Below are positions 28,691 to 42,422 of a stretch of 54,411 bases of DNA, piece by piece (the stretch's first letter is position 1; each line of letters opens with the position of its first letter). The notes under the pieces are model-generated. The model ran no database searches. It was given only the letters and a program-made list of their open reading frames with translations, and had not been told where the DNA came from. The position numbers and the translations under genes were made by a program. The DNA comes from Bdellovibrionota bacterium (GTDB taxonomy: Bacteria > Bdellovibrionota_C > UBA2361 > JBIKWN01): NCBI GenBank assembly GCA_044356295.1, contig JBIKWN010000011.1, positions 1-54,411 of the forward strand, given 5' to 3'.

Positions 28691-29539
28691 TTACATCGCT
28701 TTAAACTGCTTCACTTTATCCTTAGGAATCTGAATTTTCATTCCTGGAGTTAATTTGGCAACTGCCCCTATACCATTCGATTTTAATAGCTCGCTGCCAT
28801 TAGCTGGGTTTCCAGTGTACCAATTCGAAATAGCTTCAATTGTCTCCCCATCCTTTTTCACAGTGTGAATCACATCACCATTTTGCGCTCTTTCAGCGAA
28901 GCCTTGAGACATTGCAAGAGCTTGTTGATCGAACGTTAAGGGTTGAAATACTGAAGGAGTAGGAACCGGAGTTTCTTTCGGCATGTCCCTGAGTTTCGTA
29001 GTCAGCGTATTGCCATGTTTGGTTTTACTCTTAGCGATAGGAGTTGGTGTAGCCATCGCGCGAGCTGCTTCTTCTTGCATCCTTAGGACTTCGGCTCGTG
29101 TTGGTTTAAATCGGAACGGTTTCCCTTGGAATTGAAAAGCTGGCTCTTCAACACCGCTTGAAAAAAGCCCAACAAGTTCACGGTAGTCCCTTCGATCTAT
29201 ACGGTATGGACCACGTGTGACCCACTCATAGTGCTGATCTGAATCAGAAAGATCTGCGATATAGAATTCCTTATCAAGTGGATAAAACATTTTCAATCGA
29301 AGTGGTCGTGATGTTTCGATACTGATTGCATTTGGTCCACCACGTCCTTTTAGGAAATTAAAGAGTGAGGAGCTTTTCGAAAATTCTTCAGAAAGATAAA
29401 GGTTTGCACCGAGGAATCCATTTTGAATACTGAGAGGAAGGACTCCTTTATCTGCTAGTGCATCATATTGATCTAATGAACGCGAGCAAGCACATAAAGA
29501 TAAAAGAAAGATAGTTACGATTCGTAAATAAGGCTTCAT
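28691..29539 (-). CDS. Lipoprotein with C-terminal LysM domain
   Basis: Lipobox-like LCAC; HTVKKDGETIEAISNWY...LTPGMKIQIP. Confidence 0.8.
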   Translation of the reverse strand: MKPYLRIVTIFLLSLCACSRSLDQYDALADKGVLPLSIQNGFLGANLYLSEEFSKSSSLFNFLKGRGGPNAISIETSRPLRLKMFYPLDKEFYIADLSDSDQHYEWVTRGPYRIDRRDYRELVGLFSSGVEEPAFQFQGKPFRFKPTRAEVLRMQEEAARAMATPTPIAKSKTKHGNTLTTKLRDMPKETPVPTPSVFQPLTFDQQALAMSQGFAERAQNGDVIHTVKKDGETIEAISNWYTGNPANGSELLKSNGIGAVAKLTPGMKIQIPKDKVKQFKAM

Positions 29540-29779
29540 AAGATACTTTTATAACAGAGAACTTTATTAGATGAATCATGGAATATATAAGCTTCTAAAG
29601 AGTTCCTGCTTCAAAAGAGGTACCTTCTTACTGACGTGTCGTGTAAATTTGGTTCTTTTTAGTAAAATTAATGAGTATTTAATAAATAATTAAGAGCCTT
29701 AGAGCTTGTTTGACTAATTAAAAAGTCGTTTTACCCATTGGCATACATCTAAATCAGGTGTAGAAAAAGGTTAAATACC

Positions 29780-30679
29780 GTGAGAGTTGTAGCCCTTGAG
29801 ACATATTTATCTGAAATGACCAGAGCCCTTGTTGGGGAAGGCTCGCTGGTGGGTACAGTTGAAAAAACACATATTCAACCTGACTATGAAACGAAACTTC
29901 TAACAGAGCAGCGCTATGCTTCAAAAAAGAACGTTTTAGAAAAACTTAGTCGACACAAAATTGATATTGAATTACTGAAAGAGACACTTCCAGATTGTAT
30001 TCTAACAAATCTTCCAGAACCTGAACTGCTCCCAATGTTAAAAGAAGAGTTGTCTCATGCCTTCGGTCGTCCGGTAGCATTGTTTCATCATGATCCAGTA
30101 CGTCTTGATGATGTCTTTGTCATGTTCGAAGCGCTTGGTAAACAGTTGAAGGTTCCTGATAAAGGAAGACTTATAGCATCAAAAGTAAAAGCACAGATGA
30201 TGGATTGGTGTGCTAACTTTTATGATCGAATGAAAAATAAAAGAGTGACTCTTTTTTCAGGTGTCGAACCTTTTAGTTTGGGGGCAAGATGGATTCCAGA
30301 CATGATTCGTATGACCTCTGCTCAGCCGCAAGTTTTGTCAGGTCTCAGAGAGGATTTTTTGATTGAATGGAATGAGGTTGTTAAGTTTAATCCAGACGTT
30401 ATTATTGTTGCTCCAAAGCAGCTTGAATTTAAAGAATGTTTAAAACTTTTTCCTAAGTTAAATGAACTTCCAGATTGGGAAAAAATATACGCTGTAAAAA
30501 GAGGTGATGTCTTCTTTACTGATGGCAGACGATATTTTAATACGCCGACCACAAAGTTAATTGAGAGTATGGGGATTTTAATCTCGTGCTTGGCAGGATT
30601 TGAAAGTGGATATATTACTGAGCGGGATTCAAGTTTTAAACTTCGTTATCTTGAGATGCATCGGCATAAGTTTTTGTAA
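29780..30679 (+). CDS. BtuF/TroA-like helical-backbone substrate-binding protein
   Basis: MRVVAL start, PDCIL, WIPDMI, FNPDVIIVAP, AVKRGDVF, YFNTP. Confidence 0.75.
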   Translation: MRVVALETYLSEMTRALVGEGSLVGTVEKTHIQPDYETKLLTEQRYASKKNVLEKLSRHKIDIELLKETLPDCILTNLPEPELLPMLKEELSHAFGRPVALFHHDPVRLDDVFVMFEALGKQLKVPDKGRLIASKVKAQMMDWCANFYDRMKNKRVTLFSGVEPFSLGARWIPDMIRMTSAQPQVLSGLREDFLIEWNEVVKFNPDVIIVAPKQLEFKECLKLFPKLNELPDWEKIYAVKRGDVFFTDGRRYFNTPTTKLIESMGILISCLAGFESGYITERDSSFKLRYLEMHRHKFL

Positions 30680-30682
30680 GTC

Positions 30683-31444
30683 TTACTGAGAACCCTGAGT
30701 AGGACCATCTTTCATTTTATCGAGTTCTGCTTTAATTTCTGCAGCAAGATTTTTTGTGATTTTTTGTGCGCCCTTCGTAGCAGTTTTTGCTGCTTTATCT
30801 AGCTGAGTATCAAGAGGATTATCCAGGAGTGTTGCGATCTCTTCTCGTTCTTCTCTATTTTTATGTTCTCGAGAGGCATGTTGATTTTTTTGTTCAGCCT
30901 GTTGTTCAGTAAATTGATTAAGCCTTCTATTAACAATCATACTTTCTTGAGCTTTTAGTTTTTGTTCTTGTTTCTCAAGCTCTTTCTTGACTTTGTCATT
31001 GTCGGAATTTCCAGCTTCTTTTTTAGCTGATTTTGCATCTTTTGGAGCAGATCGAGTGTGTTGATTATTCTCTTGATCAGTTTTTAAGTCTGCACCAGGA
31101 TTTGAAACTGAAGCTCGACCGACATTTCTATAATCGATTGCCTGTGTCTGATCTTGTTTACCGAATTTTATCTGTGAATCAGCAACAACATCATTATATT
31201 TCTTCATCTCATGTGCGAGTTGACCTTGGGTAAGTTTACCAAGTAGATACATTGTCTTAAGTGTCTGCGGATCTAGAACTGTTTCGCCGGCAACTATCTC
31301 AATAGAATCTGCAGATTTAATTTTTCGTATATCAGCTTGTAAATCGCGACGATTTGTTGAAGAAGTCGTCAAGGTAGAAGGAGCATCATCAGTGCTTACT
31401 TGAGTACTCTTATCTGTTTTAACCTCGACTTTAATTTCCGACAT
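30683..31444 (-). CDS. Hydrophilic Q/K/D-rich hypothetical protein with coiled coil
   Basis: 253-aa ATG ORF; no family recognised. Confidence 0.7.
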   Translation of the reverse strand: MSEIKVEVKTDKSTQVSTDDAPSTLTTSSTNRRDLQADIRKIKSADSIEIVAGETVLDPQTLKTMYLLGKLTQGQLAHEMKKYNDVVADSQIKFGKQDQTQAIDYRNVGRASVSNPGADLKTDQENNQHTRSAPKDAKSAKKEAGNSDNDKVKKELEKQEQKLKAQESMIVNRRLNQFTEQQAEQKNQHASREHKNREEREEIATLLDNPLDTQLDKAAKTATKGAQKITKNLAAEIKAELDKMKDGPTQGSQ

Positions 31445-31642
31445 TATTCAACCTTAGACATCCCGTATAAGTATGGGTGTATATAATTGATATGATAAGA
31501 AAATGTGAATGTTGCCTTATTAAATGTGTGTCGTAAAGGCTTGAATTTATTCAGTATTATTATGGTATGTAAACAATTCAGCCCATAACGTCGATAATCT
31601 TGATTACCCCCTCAAACAAACTAAACTACTGACCTTGCAGTT

Positions 31643-32557
31643 ATGATCGCTTCAGTATCCCAGAACAAACCCGAAATCACTTCTATTTCTGAACTTTCAA
31701 AGGAAGTATTCGGCGAAGGCATTAATTCTGATCCAATCACTCAAATAATCAATTCATTAGGAAGAAAACTTTTTATTCGCACGTGGGGTAATCCAGACGA
31801 TCCAACTGTGCTTTGCCTCCATAGCGGAGGGCTGAACTCTTTAGAATTTAGTCTGGTCGGACCGGCGCTCGCTTCACAAAATTTTCATGTAGTAGCACTT
31901 GATCATTCAGGGCATGGTAATTCTGGATGGATTGGACAAGTGAGAAGAGGTGCGATTGAAAATGAGATAAACGCAGTTCAAACTTTTTTTAACAAACCAA
32001 AGATCTGCATGATTGGTGCTAGCCTCGGGGGGCTTTTTGCTGCAGATTATGCTGCAAAAAATCCAGATCTCATAGAGAAGCTTATCCTATGTGATATTGC
32101 TCCGGCTTTGAGAAAAGGTGTACTGCGTGGAGCGCATAGTTTCTTTCTTAAACCATACTCGAAGCCTATGGAGACAGAAGAACAAATTGAAATTTTCCAT
32201 AGTACAATCTCTAAGAGTGTATATGGGAAAGCTCTTCTATCATTGACTAATAGAGAACATTATCATGAATCAACATCTGCGCTATATCCAAAGTACGATC
32301 CATCATTTCTTGAAGTTATAAATGATAAAAGTTTTCTTGATTATTGGGGGGCTTTTGAAAATATACACTGCCCGTCATTATTACTGTTAGGGGAGGTGTC
32401 AAAACATGTGCCTAAAAATGCTGTTCACAGAATGAGTGAGAGAGTGAAAGGAGACTTTTCAGTGCAAGTAATTTCAGGAGCAGGACATTGCCTCGTCCTT
32501 GACGCGCCTATTGAAGCATTCAACGCTATTAATTTGTTTCTTCAAAAAACCTCGTAA
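31643..32557 (+). CDS. Alpha/beta fold hydrolase
   Basis: DHSGHGNS, nucleophile elbow GASLGG, GAGH catalytic His. Confidence 0.9.
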   Translation: MIASVSQNKPEITSISELSKEVFGEGINSDPITQIINSLGRKLFIRTWGNPDDPTVLCLHSGGLNSLEFSLVGPALASQNFHVVALDHSGHGNSGWIGQVRRGAIENEINAVQTFFNKPKICMIGASLGGLFAADYAAKNPDLIEKLILCDIAPALRKGVLRGAHSFFLKPYSKPMETEEQIEIFHSTISKSVYGKALLSLTNREHYHESTSALYPKYDPSFLEVINDKSFLDYWGAFENIHCPSLLLLGEVSKHVPKNAVHRMSERVKGDFSVQVISGAGHCLVLDAPIEAFNAINLFLQKTS

Positions 32558-33962
32558 AGATTTGATTAAATACTGAACCATTTTGATATATGTTCATGGA
32601 GCCAGAAAAAAGGATCTCAGCAAGCTCTGTTTTGTTAAATATTTTTTTTAGTTGTAAAAAAAGTTTATCAATTGATTGATCGGCTCCTTCTTCTGATACG
32701 TCTTCTGATGTAGTTTCAATAAAATCAAAGAAATCTGGATTCTCGATGATATATGCTCTAATCAAAGATTTATCAAAATCTGAAAATCCATTGCAGTAAA
32801 GAATAGCAGTCAAGAACCCGAGATCTCTGCACGCAGGATCATGATCGTTTAAAAGATTTGCGAGAAGCATTGTGAGTTTTTCAGGACGTATGAACGGAAG
32901 ATAGTCATTTTGTAATCCGTTTGAGTATAGTCCGTAAGTTAAAATATCAGTAAACGATTTATCTGAGATAATTAAATCAATGACAGCAATATGTAATTTA
33001 TTAGATTTGAATGGAGCGTTGAAATTAAAGTATGTATCTAGATTTTCTTGATACGGGGAGGCATCACAAACAATTTGGTCATACAGATTCTTATCTGTTG
33101 GATTTCGCATTGCTTGAGCCAATAGAAGGCGGGACTGATGCGAAATAGCGGAGTAAAAAGAACTCTCACTAGTAAAATTGAGAATTAAAAAAGTAAGAGG
33201 CTCAATGCGGTGTACTGCATCTGGATATTTTTCTAATAACTGATCAAATAACAGAGGGAAACGAGAGACGACGGAGCAGAAAATAGTACGTCCTGATGAG
33301 CTTGGAGAAAATATAACTTGATATAATTGATCGATATTTTCCTTCCAATGTTCGAGGGGTATGTCTTCAAAGTTGGTACTTCTTTCTAAAAAGATACTTA
33401 ATGCTTGAGAAGCTATTTCTTTAGTAAGTTCATTGCCTCTTTTAAATAGAGAATCTAAACAACTTTCAATCTGTTTATTTCGGACGACCCCTAATTGTGA
33501 TGCAATAGTGAGCTGAGAGACTGTACTTTTTTTATATACATGAGACGAAACTAATGTTTTGAATAGTTCGGTTTGTTGTTCCAAGTTGTAATGTTGGAAC
33601 AATGCAATAAAGCAATCTGTGCCTATTTGTGCTCTAGATCTTTTTTCTTGTGACTTTATAGCGATACTAAGAATATCAATAGTTTTTTCAAAGCCTATTT
33701 GAAGGCAATAGCTTGTTGCTGCTTGGCACCATGTTGCATTGCCTAGTGCTAACAATAATGTTTCTGCCTTCGAAGATTCGATTCCTATTGGTGCATCGTC
33801 TTCAAATAAACAAAAGGCTTGAAACACTTGTTCGACTACGCTGTCTCTTGCTTTGAAATATTCTGATAGATCGTCGCTTTTGGACGATTGATCTCCAAGT
33901 AGTGAATCTACTAAGTCATCTAATGTTTCAAGAACAGGTTTTGGTTCGAAAAAAGGACCCAT
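32529..33962 (-). CDS. Acidic, probably all-helical hypothetical protein
   Basis: 477-aa ATG ORF; TATAAT lies 7 nt before the ATG. Confidence 0.7.
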   Translation of the reverse strand: MGPFFEPKPVLETLDDLVDSLLGDQSSKSDDLSEYFKARDSVVEQVFQAFCLFEDDAPIGIESSKAETLLLALGNATWCQAATSYCLQIGFEKTIDILSIAIKSQEKRSRAQIGTDCFIALFQHYNLEQQTELFKTLVSSHVYKKSTVSQLTIASQLGVVRNKQIESCLDSLFKRGNELTKEIASQALSIFLERSTNFEDIPLEHWKENIDQLYQVIFSPSSSGRTIFCSVVSRFPLLFDQLLEKYPDAVHRIEPLTFLILNFTSESSFYSAISHQSRLLLAQAMRNPTDKNLYDQIVCDASPYQENLDTYFNFNAPFKSNKLHIAVIDLIISDKSFTDILTYGLYSNGLQNDYLPFIRPEKLTMLLANLLNDHDPACRDLGFLTAILYCNGFSDFDKSLIRAYIIENPDFFDFIETTSEDVSEEGADQSIDKLFLQLKKIFNKTELAEILFSGSMNIYQNGSVFNQIFTRFFEETN

Positions 33963-34063
33963 TATCTTGATTATAGTAGCCTTAAAACTCGAGCTACTCC
34001 AAAAACTTTGAATGTATCTAACTTATTGAAATCAGTGAAAAAAAATGGCATTATCATTGCATT

Positions 34064-34486
34064 GTGACAGATAATATATTTTGTTCTATCCCTGTTTCTA
34101 ATTCTGCAGCAACCCTTGGCACTATCGAAGCCAGATGTAATGCTCGTATTCAAGACGGCATAGTTAAAGAAGCTGATGTTTCTAATGTCAGAAACCGAAC
34201 ACTTGATCTTATTCCAAAAGATCTCTCAGTTAATTCAGTTACGTTAGAAAAACTACGCCGTCTATGTCAGCTTTGGGAAGTTGATATTCGAGTTTCTGAG
34301 ATTACATCGCACAGAAAATATATCGGACCAGTTATTGTGAAAGTAAAGAAAATGCTATTCCCAATTATTCGATTCTTTATGAAGGATCTGATTCGAGAGC
34401 AGAGAGATTTTAATGCTGCTTCAATCGAACTTTTAGCTGAACTTTGTAATCAAACATCAGATAAAATCAAAAAAGGAGATCGGTGA
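34064..34486 (+). CDS. Hypothetical protein sharing a domain with the methyltransferase N-terminus
   Basis: ITSHRKYIGPVIVKVKK...EQRDFNA matches IQSHRGGLLGKFIVKVKR...EEKDFQA in 35363-36778. Confidence 0.75.
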   Translation: MTDNIFCSIPVSNSAATLGTIEARCNARIQDGIVKEADVSNVRNRTLDLIPKDLSVNSVTLEKLRRLCQLWEVDIRVSEITSHRKYIGPVIVKVKKMLFPIIRFFMKDLIREQRDFNAASIELLAELCNQTSDKIKKGDR

Positions 34487-35346
34487 GGCGCGGAATGTTT
34501 TCTGCGTTTATGGCTTATTTTTTATGGGGTATATTGCCGCTGTTTTGGAAGCTTCTTAGTACTATAAGCGCTTCTGAAATTATCCTTCATCGAGTTATCT
34601 GGTCAGCAGTTTTTTTAGTTATTATAGTTGCCCTAAGACAAGAACTTTCATCAGTCTATGCAGTTTTTAAAAATCCAAAACACTTAATTCTTTTTACCGT
34701 AAGTGGATTACTGATTGGAAGCAATTGGTTGTTGTATATATATTCAGTTCTCACTAACCAAACAACCGAAGCCAGTCTTGGATATTACATTTGCCCACTT
34801 GTTACTGTAGTCCTGGCTCACTTTTTTTTACATGAAAAATTATCGAAATTGCAATGGTTTGCGTTTGCCTTGGCGCTCATTGGTGTTGCGGTAAGAATTT
34901 ACACTGAAGGAGTTTTTCCACTTATTGGAATAGTGCTCGCTGTTAGTTTTGCCTTGTATGGTTTGGTAAGAAAGAAACTATCATTTGATAGTATAACCGG
35001 CTTGACTGTCGAGACGCTGCTTTTGACACCATTTGCATTGATTGCTCTGTTTTTGAGAGCACATAATGGGACTCTCCATTTCTTATTAGAACCTCAAAGT
35101 ACTCTTATTCTACTGATTGGAGCAGGTATTGTTACGAGCCTACCACTGCTTTTTTATGGGTACGGTATTAAACATACCCCATTTTCAATTGTAGGGTTCC
35201 TCCAGTTTGTAGGACCCACGTTGCAGCTAGCTATAGCACTTTTTATCTTTCATGAGCCTACCCATCCGAACACCCTTCTTCCTTTTATTATTATATGGAT
35301 TGGGGTCATATTATTCATCTTTGATTCGTTCCGCCGTAAAGTTTAA
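34483..35346 (+). CDS. rarD: EamA family transporter RarD
   Basis: WGILPLFWK, HRVIWS, EASLGYYICPL, YGLVRK, FLQFVGPTLQ. Confidence 0.92.
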   Translation: MRRGMFSAFMAYFLWGILPLFWKLLSTISASEIILHRVIWSAVFLVIIVALRQELSSVYAVFKNPKHLILFTVSGLLIGSNWLLYIYSVLTNQTTEASLGYYICPLVTVVLAHFFLHEKLSKLQWFAFALALIGVAVRIYTEGVFPLIGIVLAVSFALYGLVRKKLSFDSITGLTVETLLLTPFALIALFLRAHNGTLHFLLEPQSTLILLIGAGIVTSLPLLFYGYGIKHTPFSIVGFLQFVGPTLQLAIALFIFHEPTHPNTLLPFIIIWIGVILFIFDSFRRKV

Positions 35347-35362
35347 ACTCTTCCAGACTCTT

Positions 35363-36778
35363 ATGAATGCTCTTCCTTCAAAACCATCTCAGTCAGATTC
35401 TGTCTCGTCAGTAATGAAGAGAATTCGTGAAAAAATTGCTGCTGATATTGAACTCAATAAAGATCGACAACCAGCTTTTAATCCTTACAAAGCCGATCAC
35501 GATACCGCTCCGCAGGCTAAAGCTGGGGAGCTCCTCTATTCAGAAGAGCTAAAGTATCTCAATGAACGTTGGTCCTACGCACATAAAGCGCGTGGTTCAA
35601 TTGATGCAATACAGTCCCATCGTGGCGGACTTTTAGGAAAATTTATTGTTAAAGTTAAAAGAAAGATTGCAGTTAGTATCTGGGACTCAATCCTTAAGCC
35701 GTATTTTGAGGAAGAAAAAGATTTTCAAGCAAATTTGGTTCGATTTTTAAATTCTGTCAGTAAGTATGTTGATCATAGAGATGCGGCAAACTTCTGGGAG
35801 CTTATTAGGAAAATTGATGTTGATATTACCAACGCACTTGAACGTATTGAACGAATTGCTGAAGACCAACGTGCAGAGCGTCAACACGTACAAAGACAAG
35901 TGCAACAATCTCTTGATTTGCTCGCAAAAGATCTTGTAAGTATTAGAGAATCAGTTGCACATTCGCGTGAAGAAGTCGCAACAGTTGATCGTGTTGCAAA
36001 AGGACTTGAGTCAATCGTTGCACGGTCGAGCAAAAATAATACCCTAACAGAAGCATCATCAGGACCTATCCAACATGATCAAAGTTACTTAATCCTCGAA
36101 AATCGTTTTAGAGGAAGTGAAGATGAGATCTCACGTCGTGTTGCAATCTATCCTCAGTATTTTAAAGAGATAGCAACGGTTTCTAAAAAACCTGTTTTAG
36201 AAATTGGTGGTGGAAGAGGTGAGCTTCAAACTGCATTTAAGCTTCATGCTATTGATTCCTATAGTGTTGATATTGATCCTGCCATGGTGGCAGCAGGTGT
36301 CGAAAAGGGAATTAAAACTTTGGTTGGAGATGGTATCGCGCATCTTGCATCGCTTGAAGATGGTTCTTTGTCAGGTATCATTGCAGTGCAAGTAGTAGAG
36401 CACTTAACACAGAAGCAGCTGCAAGATCTGTTTACCCTTGCTAAGAAAAAATTAGTTTCTGGTGGACGAGTTATCTTTGAAACAATTAATCCAAGGTCAG
36501 TAGTAGCCTTATCATCCAATTATTTTAGAGATCCCACACACGTGTGGCCGCTCCACCCCGATACGTTATCATTTCAAATGAATCTTTTTGGTTTGAAAAC
36601 AATTGAAACTAAATTTTTATCCCCAGTTTCAGTTGAAGCAGGGATTATGCCGATTGAGGAAGTCAACTTACTTTCTCCACAGTGGCAAGATATATTATTT
36701 AAAATAAATAGAAATTTTTCTCGTTTACATGAGTTGCTGTATGGTCATCAAGACTATTGTGTTGTAGCTGAGAGTTAA
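35363..36778 (+). CDS. Coiled-coil plus class I methyltransferase (glycan chain-capping type)
   Basis: ENRFRGS, VLEIGGGRGE, QVVEHL, ETINP, DPTH, QDY; ATG at 35363. Confidence 0.85.
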   Translation: MNALPSKPSQSDSVSSVMKRIREKIAADIELNKDRQPAFNPYKADHDTAPQAKAGELLYSEELKYLNERWSYAHKARGSIDAIQSHRGGLLGKFIVKVKRKIAVSIWDSILKPYFEEEKDFQANLVRFLNSVSKYVDHRDAANFWELIRKIDVDITNALERIERIAEDQRAERQHVQRQVQQSLDLLAKDLVSIRESVAHSREEVATVDRVAKGLESIVARSSKNNTLTEASSGPIQHDQSYLILENRFRGSEDEISRRVAIYPQYFKEIATVSKKPVLEIGGGRGELQTAFKLHAIDSYSVDIDPAMVAAGVEKGIKTLVGDGIAHLASLEDGSLSGIIAVQVVEHLTQKQLQDLFTLAKKKLVSGGRVIFETINPRSVVALSSNYFRDPTHVWPLHPDTLSFQMNLFGLKTIETKFLSPVSVEAGIMPIEEVNLLSPQWQDILFKINRNFSRLHELLYGHQDYCVVAES

Positions 36779-36807
36779 TTCTTAAACAATTAAAAGGTCT
36801 TTTATAA

Positions 36808-37899
36808 GTGGCATCGATTTTAATTCTTGGCGTAAAAGTTCCTTTCACTAGTGGTGGACAAGAAGCACTGGTTCGATCACTACAAGCGCAATTAAAAGTA
36901 CGTGGTCATCAAGTTGATTTAGTAGAAATTCCACTTCAAGTACTGCCTAAAGAGCGACTCATTGAGCAGTGTGCTGTTTGGAGAAGTTATGATTTTAGTC
37001 AGTGGAGCGGTCAAGAAGTAGATCTTGTAATAGCTACAAAATTTCCAAGCTATTACGCCCGTGCAAAAACAAAAAGTCTTTGGTTAGTGCATCAACACCG
37101 AGCAATGTACGATTTATATGGAACAAGATATTCAGATTTCAGTGATGATCCAAGAGATGAAGCACTTAGGTCCCTCTTAGTTGAAGGCGATAATAAAGTG
37201 CTCCGTGAATTTCAGTTTATTTCTGGCATTAGTAAAAATGTAGTTGAGCGCCTCAATACTTTCAATCAGGTTGCTGGCTCAACTCTTTATCCACCATTAC
37301 CTCTTGGTGCTTCATATTATAATAGTGAATCTAAGCCGTATATTCTTTCTGTAGGTCGTATTTGTTCTATTAAGCGTGTTGATTTAATGATTAAAGCGCT
37401 TCCAATGATTCACCAATTTATTAAATTAAAAATTGTTGGGACTCCTGATGAGCCGGCAATAATGGATTATTTAAAGAATGAAATTTCCAAGCACCACTTA
37501 ACCGATCGTATTGAATTTCTTGGACGAGTGAGTGACGAAGATTTGTTAAGGCTCTATGCAGAATCGTTGGCAGTTTACTATGGTCCATATAATGAAGATT
37601 ACGGTTATGTAACATTAGAAGCGTTTGCTTCTTCAAAACCTGTAATTACTTGTACTGATTCTGGTGGAGTTCTTGAATTTGTTGAACATAATAGTAATGG
37701 ATTGATTGCTGAACCAAATCCTGATTCGATCTCGAAAATAGTGAATACGTTAGTTGAAGATAATAGTTTGTCTCAAAAACTTGGATTACAAGCGAGGAGA
37801 TCCTTGGAAGCCTTGGGGCTTCATACACATGGATGGGATGATGTTATTGACGGATTACTTTCTCCATTAAAACTCAACTCAAATCATAGAGGGCGCTAA
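36808..37899 (+). CDS. Glycosyltransferase family 4
   Basis: PFTSGGQE, TKFPSY, KRVDL, EDYGYVTLEA (EX7E). Confidence 0.92.
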   Translation: MASILILGVKVPFTSGGQEALVRSLQAQLKVRGHQVDLVEIPLQVLPKERLIEQCAVWRSYDFSQWSGQEVDLVIATKFPSYYARAKTKSLWLVHQHRAMYDLYGTRYSDFSDDPRDEALRSLLVEGDNKVLREFQFISGISKNVVERLNTFNQVAGSTLYPPLPLGASYYNSESKPYILSVGRICSIKRVDLMIKALPMIHQFIKLKIVGTPDEPAIMDYLKNEISKHHLTDRIEFLGRVSDEDLLRLYAESLAVYYGPYNEDYGYVTLEAFASSKPVITCTDSGGVLEFVEHNSNGLIAEPNPDSISKIVNTLVEDNSLSQKLGLQARRSLEALGLHTHGWDDVIDGLLSPLKLNSNHRGR

Positions 37900-39140
37900 G
37901 TGAGGGTCGCTTGGTTTTCAGCACTACAGGATTCAATTAGGTTTAGTCCGTCAGCATATTGCACAAGTATTATTGTTCCTGAGCTTAGAAAAAAAGGAAT
38001 TATAGTTGAAGTGTACTCAGATCTGATTTCTTCTCTGCATCATGGTATTCAAACAGATCATTATCTCAATGCGCAAAAATGCCACGAAAAGAATCCGTAC
38101 GATCTTTTCTTTCATCAAGTCGAAGATGGACAGCATGCACATTTTTTACGGTCTGCTGTTGGACTGTATCCAGGAGTCACTTATTTTCACGATCTTTACC
38201 TATCAGACTTAGGTCCGGATCCATTGACCAATAGTCCTTGGGGATTTGTTGCGGAAGTGATGCATGATTCTAAAGATAGTCAGCTCATTGAGTGGCCTGA
38301 TAGACTAAAGGAATTTCCCCGTAAAGGTCCATTTCCTGAGCGAGAGTTTGCGCTATCATGGGGAGCTATTTTCTCAAATATTCGGATGTGTACAGATGCA
38401 AAAAATAAAGATTCTTCCAAATTACTTGCAACACTTTCGTATCCAATTGCTATTCCTGCTGAGTTAAATCAGAAATCCTCAATTATTGCTCTCTATGGAT
38501 CGCCATTTATAGAAGATAGAATCCATAAAATTATTCCTGCACTCAAAAAACTTTCTCAACATAAAATTATCTGGGCTGTTGCTCCGAAACATTATCAGAT
38601 TGCTAAAGATCGCCTTAAAGAATTCTCGGCTGAATATATACAGTTGATTCAGGTCACGCGGTTGGAGGAGTGGGCAGAGGTTGTCTCGACTGCTTCTGTC
38701 TGTCTTCATCTTCATCATAGTGTATATGGAAACTTGAGTCCGTTTATTGAAACAAGTCTTGTAAGCGGGGCTCATGTTTTAATCACAGAGGGAATCGATG
38801 AAAGTCAGTTTCCTACTGATGTGGTTTTTACCATCCCTGCTGGAGAAACAGAATCACAGATGATTTATGAGACTGTTAAAACAGTCTTACAAAATCCAAA
38901 GATGACACCTCACATACTTGGAAAAGAATATGTCGTCATGAATAATAATCTTGAAACTGTTGTTGGTGATTTTTTAGCTTTATTCAAACAATCTAAGGCA
39001 AATCAAGAAAATTTAAAATTAAGATGGCAAGATGTTCAGACATCAGCTAGAAATGCCTTGTTTGCAGAAGTGAAAAAATATCAAAAAGACAGTGTCTTTG
39101 CGGATCCATTTTCGTCAATTTATAAAGAACTAGAGTGGCA

Positions 39141-39144
<4 letters not shown>
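37900..39144 (+). CDS. Divergent GT-B fold glycosyltransferase-like protein
   Basis: MRVAWFS start, PGVTYFHD; canonical EX7E not evident; cluster context. Confidence 0.65.
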
Positions 39145-42396
<3,252 letters not shown>

Positions 42397-42422
42397 GATC
42401 GACTCATTTTTCTAATTCAGCT

